DNA from: Sandaracinaceae bacterium
GTDB lineage: Bacteria; Myxococcota_A; Polyangia; Polyangiales; JADJQN01
Assembly (NCBI GenBank): GCA_947483975.1
Contig: CANKOL010000001.1
Location: 1-46,666, forward strand
Reading direction: 5' to 3'
DNA: 46,666 nucleotides
In this document: positions 24,605-31,333 of the stretch, one piece after another
Layout of the letters: every line of letters begins with the position of its first letter
How positions within the stretch are numbered: position 1 is the first letter of the stretch
Notes under the pieces: model-generated
Database searches by the model: none
What the model was told of the DNA's origin: nothing
Seen by the model: the letters and a program-made list of their open reading frames with translations, nothing else
Translations under genes and position numbers: made by a program

Positions 24605-26179
24605 ATGAGCGAAAGCGGCAGCACGGCGGGCGAGGACGCGACGGTCCTGGCGCGCGCGGACGGGACGCTCGAGGGTGACGACCCTGCGACCCCCGCGATG
24701 CGTTGTCCGCTCTGCGGCGTGGCCTACCCAGCCGACTTCGTCGTCTGCCCGCGGGACGCGAGCCCGCTCGCGGCGCTGCAGTCGAGCGAGGACCCCCTGC
24801 TCGGTCAGCTGCTCGCGGGCACGTATCGGATCGTGCGCGTGCTCGGGCAGGGCGGCATGGGGAAGCTCTACGAGGCGGAGCATCTGCGTATCGATCGGCG
24901 CTTCGCCCTCAAGGTGATCCAAGAGACCTGGGCCGGGCGCGAGGACTTGCTCGCGCGCTTCGAGCGGGAGTCGAGGGCGACGAGTCGGGTGCGCTCCGAG
25001 CACGTGGTGGAGGTCGTCGATGTGCTGCGCACCGCCGACGGGCGCCCGTGCATCGTGTGCGAGAAGCTGGAAGGCGAGGATCTCGAGCAAAGGCTGGCGA
25101 GAGAGCCAAAGCTTCCGCTCGCCGAGGCGCTCGCGATCGCGCGGCAGGCGTGTCGAGGGCTCGCGGCGGCGCACGCCGAGGGCATCGTTCATCGGGACCT
25201 CAAGCCGTCGAACCTCTTCCTCGCGGAGACGCCCGCCGGGAGGTTCGTGAAGGTGCTCGACTTCGGCGTGGCGAAGCTCGCGGGCGAGGCGGACGACCGC
25301 CACCTCACGCGCACGGGAGCGGTCGTGGGGACGCCGGCGTACATGGCGCCGGAGCAGGCGCGTGGCTCCGCGCACGTCGACGCGCGGAGCGACGTCTACG
25401 CGCTCGGCGCAGTGCTCTATCGAATGCTGACCGGGCGCGCGCCTTACGTCGGCGCGGACGCTTCGACGACGCTCGTCTCGGTGCTCGAGCGTGATCCGAC
25501 GCGGCCTCGGACGCTCGATCGCGCCATCCCGGAGGGCGTCGAGCACGTGATTCAGAGCGCGATGTCGCGCGATCCCGCGGCGCGTCCGCAGACGGCCATG
25601 GAGCTCGAGGCGCGGCTCGCGGCGTTCGACCTCGCGGGGGGCAGCCTCGCGCAGGGTCAGACGGCGTCGGGCGTTCTGTCGCCCTCGCCGACGAGCGAGG
25701 TCGGTGCAACGGCCGCGCAGGTCACCCGCACGGCACGACTCGCTCGGCCCCTCGCGTTGTTGGCCGTGACGGCGGGGGCGCTCGCTGCAGGCACCGCGAC
25801 GGCGACCGCGTTTGGGCTCCTCGTGGCAGCGCTGAGGGGTGAGCCGCGCATCGGCACGGTGGACGTCGTGCTCGTCACGATCGCGGGTGTCGTCGCGCTC
25901 GGGGGGGCAGTCGCAGCGGCGGCCAGGCCGCTTCGGCAGGCGTGGACGGCCGCGCCGCTCGCGAGCGGGCTCGCGGCGCGAATCGGGCGGGCGCTCGCTA
26001 CGGGCGGGCTCGTCTTCGGCGTGCTCGAGCTCGGCGCGCGGGCGTTCGCGCTCTACGAGCGGACCCCCGCCGAGACGGCTCCGCTGCTCACCGGGCTGTG
26101 CGTGGTGGGCTCGGGCCTCGTCACGGTGCTCGCGCTGCTTCGAGCCGCGCGCGCGGCGGCGGTGGGCGAGCGCAGCTAG
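24605..26179 (+). CDS. membrane-anchored Ser/Thr protein kinase with an N-terminal zinc-ribbon-like CxxC..C motif
   Basis: CPLCGVAYPADFVVCPRD. Kinase motifs GQGGMGKLY, ALK, HRDLKPSN, DFG and GTPAYMAPE. The C-terminal 170 aa carry about 4 hydrophobic helices. Confidence 0.9.
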   Translation: MSESGSTAGEDATVLARADGTLEGDDPATPAMRCPLCGVAYPADFVVCPRDASPLAALQSSEDPLLGQLLAGTYRIVRVLGQGGMGKLYEAEHLRIDRRFALKVIQETWAGREDLLARFERESRATSRVRSEHVVEVVDVLRTADGRPCIVCEKLEGEDLEQRLAREPKLPLAEALAIARQACRGLAAAHAEGIVHRDLKPSNLFLAETPAGRFVKVLDFGVAKLAGEADDRHLTRTGAVVGTPAYMAPEQARGSAHVDARSDVYALGAVLYRMLTGRAPYVGADASTTLVSVLERDPTRPRTLDRAIPEGVEHVIQSAMSRDPAARPQTAMELEARLAAFDLAGGSLAQGQTASGVLSPSPTSEVGATAAQVTRTARLARPLALLAVTAGALAAGTATATAFGLLVAALRGEPRIGTVDVVLVTIAGVVALGGAVAAAARPLRQAWTAAPLASGLAARIGRALATGGLVFGVLELGARAFALYERTPAETAPLLTGLCVVGSGLVTVLALLRAARAAAVGERS

Positions 26180-26967
26180 GCCCGTCGCAAGCTGCCAGCG
26201 GCGAGCGTGCGCACGCCGCTCGTCGTCGCGAGGCGGAGCGCCCCGCCGGCATCGACGCCGAGCAAGTCGCCCCTGACGTCTCCGCACACGACGCGCTCGC
26301 CGCGCCACGCGAGGCGCTCGGTGAGCGCGGCGACGATGGGCGCGCCCCCCGCGTGGACGAGCCGATCGACCCAGCGCTCGACCTCGAGCAGCAGTCGCGC
26401 GAGCACCTCGGCGCGGTCGAGTGTTCGGCCGCAGACCTGCGCGAGGGAGGTTGCGGTCTCCGCGAGGTCGCCCTCGAAGGCGGCGCGGTTGACGTCGAGC
26501 CCGATGCCGATGACGACCGCTCCGAGTTGCGCGCCGCTCGAGGTCGTCTCGACGAGGATGCCGGCGCACTTGCGGGGCGCGGCGCCGTCAGCGGCGCTGA
26601 CGAGGACGTCGTTCGGCCACTTCACGAGCGTCGGCCTCTGCGTGAAGCCTTGCACGCAGTCGGCTACGCCGAGCCCGACGGCCAGCGTGATCTGCGGGAG
26701 CACGCGGGGCGGCACGGCCGGGCGGTCGACGATCGACAGGTAGAGGTCAGTGCCCGCGGGCGAGGACCACGCGTGCCCGAGGGCACCACGCCCGGTGTCC
26801 TGCGCGTCTGCGAGCACGACGTGCCCATCAGGCGCGCCCCCTTCTGCGGCGGCGCGCGCGTCGTCGTTCGTCGAGCCGGTGCGAGCGCGCAGGTCGAGCG
26901 AGCGCCCGTAGCGCTGCGTCGCGAGGAGCCGCGCGATCGACTCGCGCGCGAGGTCGTCGACCGCCAC
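26176..26967 (-). CDS. birA: biotin--[acetyl-CoA-carboxylase] ligase
   Basis: GSTNDDA and QDTGRGALGHAWSSPAG (the GRGRxGRxW motif), plus KWPNDV. GTG start. No N-terminal HTH domain, so a group I ligase. Confidence 0.85.
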   Translation of the reverse strand: MAVDDLARESIARLLATQRYGRSLDLRARTGSTNDDARAAAEGGAPDGHVVLADAQDTGRGALGHAWSSPAGTDLYLSIVDRPAVPPRVLPQITLAVGLGVADCVQGFTQRPTLVKWPNDVLVSAADGAAPRKCAGILVETTSSGAQLGAVVIGIGLDVNRAAFEGDLAETATSLAQVCGRTLDRAEVLARLLLEVERWVDRLVHAGGAPIVAALTERLAWRGERVVCGDVRGDLLGVDAGGALRLATTSGVRTLAAGSLRRA

Positions 26968-26969
26968 GC

Positions 26970-27854
26970 TCAGAACCAGTCGAGGCCGAGGTCGACGGCG
27001 GGCGCGGAGTGCGTGAGCGCGCCCGCGCTGATGATGTCGACGCCCGCTGCTGCGATGCGGGGAATGCGCTCGAGGGTGACACCGCCCGAGACCTCGATCA
27101 GCGCGCGGCCCGCGACGAGCGCCACGGCCGACAGCAGCGTCGCGTCATCGAAGTTGTCGAGCAGCACGATGTCCGCGCCGGCCGCGAGCGCCTCTTCGAG
27201 CTGCTCCATCCGGTCGACCTCGCACTCGATGCGCGAGGTGTGCGGCGCGTGCGCGCGAGCGCGGCGAATTGCGAGCGTCACGCCGCCCGCTGCCGCGATG
27301 TGATTGTCTTTGATGAGCACCGCCGCCGAAAGGTCTTCGCGGTGGTTGTGCGCGCCCCCCGAGCGCACCGCGTAGCGCTCGAGCGCGCGCAGGCCCGGCG
27401 TCGTCTTGCGCGTATCCGCGATGCGGGTGCGGCTGTCGGCCGGGAGCGCGTCGACGTAGGCGCGCGCGAGCGTCGCGGTGCCGCTCATGCGCTGCACGAA
27501 GTTGAGCGCGACGCGCTCGCCCTGCAGCAGGGACGCGGCTCGCCCGCTCACGCGCGCTGCCACGCCGCCGGTCGCAAGCCAGTCCCCGTCGCTGACGAGC
27601 TCGACCATCTCGACCGTCGGATCGACCTGCGCGTAGACCTCCCGGAACACGAAGAGGCCGCTGATGACGAGGGGGCGGCGGGCTCCGAGCGCGGCCTCGC
27701 CCATCGTCGTCCATGGGACCGTCGCGGCGGTCGTGACGTCGCCGCGGCCGAGGTCCTCGTCGAGGGCCATCGCGACGAGGCGCGCGAGCTTCTCGCGCGG
27801 AGGGCGAATGGCGGCGAGATCGAGCGGCTGATTGAGGAGAGGTGCTTCGTTCAT
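26970..27854 (-). CDS. nadC: nicotinate-nucleotide diphosphorylase (carboxylating), i.e. quinolinate phosphoribosyltransferase
   Basis: DTRKTTPGLRALERYAVRSGGAHNHR, LIKDNHI and the C-terminal SAGALTHS. ATG 27854 overlaps the upstream stop as ATGA. Confidence 0.9.
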   Translation of the reverse strand: MNEAPLLNQPLDLAAIRPPREKLARLVAMALDEDLGRGDVTTAATVPWTTMGEAALGARRPLVISGLFVFREVYAQVDPTVEMVELVSDGDWLATGGVAARVSGRAASLLQGERVALNFVQRMSGTATLARAYVDALPADSRTRIADTRKTTPGLRALERYAVRSGGAHNHREDLSAAVLIKDNHIAAAGGVTLAIRRARAHAPHTSRIECEVDRMEQLEEALAAGADIVLLDNFDDATLLSAVALVAGRALIEVSGGVTLERIPRIAAAGVDIISAGALTHSAPAVDLGLDWF

Positions 27855-28522
27855 GTCCAGTGTTCCACCGGCCAGCGACGCACGAACGCGTGCGCGCGGA
27901 GGCGCGGGTCGGGGTTGACTATGCGAGGCTCACCGACGCGCTCGAGCATGGGCAGATCGCTCACGCTGTCGGTGTAGAACGTGCTGGCGACGAGGTCGAC
28001 GCGGTGCTCCTGTGCCCAGCGCTCGGCGACCGTCACCTTGCCGACGCCGTACACGACAGGGGCCACGTAGGTGCCGGTGAATTTGCCGTCGCTCACCTCG
28101 AGGCGCGTGCAGAGGACGTGCTCGATGTCGAGGTCGACGGCGAGCGGTCCGACCATGTAGGGAGTCGACGCGCTGAGGATGACGGGCACATACCCCGCGC
28201 GGCGCCGCGACTCGACGGCGTCGCGCGCGAGGCGCGTGACGTGGGCGCGCACCGTCGTCGCGTACCACTGGTCACACTCGGCGCGGAAGCCCGCTTCGTC
28301 GACCCCCGTGAGCCCGCGGAGCGCCAGGGCGGTCACGCGCGGCGCGTCCACGATGCCGAGCGTGTACTGCGCCATCCACCCGCTCATGCGCACGAACTCG
28401 CGCAGGCTCGCTTCGCCGCGCGCGAGCCGCCATCGGAGGTAGAGGTTGCCGGTGTTCACGCGCACGAGCGTGCGGTCCATGTCGAAGAACGCCGCGCGAT
28501 GCGGGGTCGTCGAGCGCGTCAT
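27851..28522 (-). CDS. HAD-IB family hydrolase
   Basis: ATG at 28522 overlaps the upstream stop (ATGA). HAD motif I AFFDMDRTL, ILSAST, and KV..(x)..YTDSVSDLPML (motifs III/IV). Confidence 0.75.
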   Translation of the reverse strand: MTRSTTPHRAAFFDMDRTLVRVNTGNLYLRWRLARGEASLREFVRMSGWMAQYTLGIVDAPRVTALALRGLTGVDEAGFRAECDQWYATTVRAHVTRLARDAVESRRRAGYVPVILSASTPYMVGPLAVDLDIEHVLCTRLEVSDGKFTGTYVAPVVYGVGKVTVAERWAQEHRVDLVASTFYTDSVSDLPMLERVGEPRIVNPDPRLRAHAFVRRWPVEHWT

Positions 28523-29313
28523 AGCCAGCCTCGAACCAGGACATCGGCGTAGACGTTGCTCAACGCGTGCACCAGGAGCGCCGCCCCGATGCCGCCGCGC
28601 CACGAGCGCACGAGCCCGAAGAGCAGCGCCGGAAACGCGACCGCGAGACGCTCGGGCGAGAGATCGACGACGAAGTGCATCAGCCCGAAGAGCGCCGCCT
28701 GCACACCGAGCGCGAGCGGTGAAACGCGCACGCCGAGCAGCAGGATGGTCTTAGGGAAGGCGTCGCTGAGGCGCGTCTGGACGTAGCCGCGGAAGAGCGC
28801 CTCCTCTGGCAGGGCGACGACGACGATCTGCGCGAGGGCGAACGACGCGAGGTCCGGCGGGACGCGCAGCACGAAGGGATGCTGCGGTCCGTGCCAGAAG
28901 TGGAAGGCGAGCGCGAACGGCGGAAAGACCACGGCGACGACGGCGAGCGCGACGAGCGTCTCGCGCAGCGCCGAGGGCGCCGCGTCGCGGAGCGCCGTGA
29001 CGAGGTCGACGACGACCGAGCGCCGCCGGGGGCGGGGCGCGTCCTCTGTGCCTGCGGTCGGCCCCGCGCTCGCGTCCGGCTCGTCCGCATCCGCCGGAGC
29101 GAGCACGCCCGCGAGGTCGATGCCGAAGCGCCGCAGCCCGCCGCGCTCGCGCTCCGCGAGCTTGATGGCCGTGACGAGAAACAGCGCCCCGACGAGCAGG
29201 TGGACGTAGTCGGCCGCGGCCGGCACGGCGCGGAGGCGCGTGATCAGCACCGTCGCCGCTGTCACGGCGAGGTACACGAGCACGACCTCACGCAGCGCCT
29301 TTCTGTCGGTCAT
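28519..29313 (-). CDS. CPBP (CAAX/Abi-type) intramembrane metalloprotease family protein
   Basis: ATG at 29313 (MTDRKALREVVLVYL..). Motifs LPEEALFRGY, FGLMHF and LVHALSN, embedded in multiple TM helices. Confidence 0.8.
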   Translation of the reverse strand: MTDRKALREVVLVYLAVTAATVLITRLRAVPAAADYVHLLVGALFLVTAIKLAERERGGLRRFGIDLAGVLAPADADEPDASAGPTAGTEDAPRPRRRSVVVDLVTALRDAAPSALRETLVALAVVAVVFPPFALAFHFWHGPQHPFVLRVPPDLASFALAQIVVVALPEEALFRGYVQTRLSDAFPKTILLLGVRVSPLALGVQAALFGLMHFVVDLSPERLAVAFPALLFGLVRSWRGGIGAALLVHALSNVYADVLVRGWL

Positions 29314-29480
29314 CGGGGGGCGCGTTATACGCGGAGCCCGCGGGCGCGGCGAGCGGGGGCAGACGCGGCACCGAAGCGTGCCTGCGCGCGTCGGAGGGGA
29401 GCTTGACGGGACGGGGCGGCCGCCCGAGGTGAACCCACCGGCAGCGTCATATTCCTCCCCTCCCGCAAAGGACCGCGTCC

Positions 29481-29741
29481 ATGAGCCAGCAGGCATCCGC
29501 GACCACCTCCAAGTTCGACCTCCTGTTCAACGGCCTTGGACTCGTCGTGATCGCGCTCGCGGTCATCGTGACGCTCGCCAACGTCGGTCCGGGCGCATGG
29601 CTCAACGATCTCCAGGCGTCGTTGACGGGTGGTAACTACTTCCCGATGTTGACGATGTTCCTCCTCGGGGGTGCGCTCGCGATCCCGCTGTTCGCGGTCA
29701 AGGCACTCGTCGCTCGGGCCGGCGCCCGAAAGGCTCCATGA
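29481..29741 (+). CDS. small two-helix membrane protein, unknown function
   Basis: ATG with AAGGA 9 nt upstream. Two hydrophobic segments (LGLVVIALAVIVTLA and MLTMFLLGGALAIPLFAV). No family recognised. Confidence 0.5.
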   Translation: MSQQASATTSKFDLLFNGLGLVVIALAVIVTLANVGPGAWLNDLQASLTGGNYFPMLTMFLLGGALAIPLFAVKALVARAGARKAP

Positions 29742-29810
29742 GCGGCCCCGCGCAGGCGAACGTCGACCAAGCTGCTGCCCCCAGCCAGTTCCCGAGATTT
29801 CGCGCAGAGG

Positions 29811-30326
29811 ATGATTCCCATGCAGTCCGCCTACTCCAGCCTCACTCAGACTCGCTCGCCTCTCACGGTCGAGGACCGTGAGCGGCTTCGCCAGACCGCC
29901 AAAGCGGCGATCGTCGCCGGGGGCGTGCTCGGCGCGGTCGCGCTTGGCGGGCTCGCGTTCGCGCTGAGTCACATCGTCGGGGGCGCCAGCGAGCCTGGGT
30001 CGGTGATCGTCGGCGTGGTCTTCGCGGTCCCGCTCGCGGGGTTGCTGGGCATCGCCGTGTGGCTCATTCGGCGCACCTCGGCTGATCGCTCGGCGACCGA
30101 GAAGATCGTCTACTCGGGCACCATCACGGGTAAGCGCACGGTGCGCGTCGAGCACGCCGCCCAGGGCCCCCATCAGGCGAGCAGCGTCGAGACGCAGCAG
30201 TTGGTCACGCTCGATGGCGTCGACTTCAAGGTGAGCGCGCATATGTACGGCGAAGTCGAGCCTGGGCAGCGCGCAGAGCTGCACTGCCTCCGGGAGGGCT
30301 CGCCGTTTCGCGTCGCGCGCGTGTGA
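29811..30326 (+). CDS. membrane protein with a C-terminal soluble domain, unknown function
   Basis: Two TM helices (AAIVAGGVLGAVALGGLAFAL and VIVGVVFAVPLAGLLGIAVWL), then about 85 aa predicted soluble. Start is ATG 29811 or ATG 29820. Confidence 0.5.
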   Translation: MIPMQSAYSSLTQTRSPLTVEDRERLRQTAKAAIVAGGVLGAVALGGLAFALSHIVGGASEPGSVIVGVVFAVPLAGLLGIAVWLIRRTSADRSATEKIVYSGTITGKRTVRVEHAAQGPHQASSVETQQLVTLDGVDFKVSAHMYGEVEPGQRAELHCLREGSPFRVARV

Positions 30327-30444
30327 GGCAGCAACGACCGGAAGTGCGCGGCGTCCGCGTCGTCGCGCGTCGAGCGATTGTCGGCGGGGCCCACTTGCGG
30401 CGCGGGCATCGCGCCCGAGGAGGAGTGCGGGGAGATCGACGCCG

Positions 30445-31257
30445 ATGAACGACCTGACTCGACGCAATGCTCGGTGGTGGCTGGGCGCGGCGGCGCTCGT
30501 GGGGATCGCCGCGATAGCCCCGCATGATGCTGCGGCGCACTTCGTCCTCGATGAGCCGTCGGCCTCGCTCTCGCAGGGCGTGCTCGGTGACCCACAGAAG
30601 ATGCCGCCGTGCGGCGATGGTGCGGGCGGCACCAGCACGGGCGCGGTCACCGCGTATCAGACGGGGCAGACCATCACGATCACCGTTCACGAGACGATCT
30701 TCCACGCGGGGCACTACCGCGTCGCGCTGGCCGTCAATGACAGGAGCGAGCTTCCCGCAGAGCCGATCGTGACGGCTGGTTCGACGCCGTGCGGGAGCGC
30801 GCCGATCATGGATCCGCCGGTGTTTCCAGTGCTCGCGGACGGCGCGTTGCTCCACACCGCGCCGCTCTCCGGGCCGCAGTCGTTCGAGGTCACGCTGCCG
30901 GCGGGCGTGACGTGCGACCACTGCACGCTGCAGGTGATCGAGTTCATGTCGAACCACCCGCTCAACGTCCCGGGCGGCTGCTTCTACCACCACTGTGCGG
31001 AGATCTCGATTCACGACGTCGTCGTTGGCGATGACGCTGGCGTTCCAGTCGATGCGGGCATCTCAGCCGATGCCGGCACGAGCGCTCTGGTCGACGGCGG
31101 ACTCGACGCCGGTCACGACGCGGGCATTGCGGGCCCGGCGCCCGCAGGCTGTGCGTGCGGAGTCGCCGGTGGAGGGGCGTCGGGGGGCATACCGGCGTTT
31201 GCCTCGGTGGGCTTCGTCGCGGTCGTCGCGTGGCGCCGTCGGCGCGCGCAACGCTAG
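30445..31257 (+). CDS. secreted histidine-brace (LPMO-like) protein with a MYXO-CTERM-type sorting tail
   Basis: Signal peptide ends ..PHDAAA, so the mature N-terminus would be His32 (HFVLDEP, codon 30538..30540). Second His cluster VHETIFHAGHYRV. Paired Cys residues. C-terminus GCACGVAGGG..hydrophobic..WRRRRAQR resembles MYXO-CTERM. Resembles what RefSeq labels the SCE4755-family polysaccharide monooxygenase-like proteins (from memory, unverified). Confidence 0.65.
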   Translation: MNDLTRRNARWWLGAAALVGIAAIAPHDAAAHFVLDEPSASLSQGVLGDPQKMPPCGDGAGGTSTGAVTAYQTGQTITITVHETIFHAGHYRVALAVNDRSELPAEPIVTAGSTPCGSAPIMDPPVFPVLADGALLHTAPLSGPQSFEVTLPAGVTCDHCTLQVIEFMSNHPLNVPGGCFYHHCAEISIHDVVVGDDAGVPVDAGISADAGTSALVDGGLDAGHDAGIAGPAPAGCACGVAGGGASGGIPAFASVGFVAVVAWRRRRAQR

Positions 31258-31333
31258 CTCCTGAGGGCGCAGGGGTCATCCGTCGCGCGCACGGCGGCGC
31301 GGGGCGGACCGGTCCTCATCGGCGAGGCGGGCG

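Noticed and set aside
24227-27303. ORFs 24227..26569 (-, 780 aa) and 25942..27303 (+, 453 aa)
   Set aside because: They are antisense to the Ser/Thr kinase, birA and nadC, which all carry diagnostic motifs. Their composition is Arg/Asp/Glu-rich with no domains.
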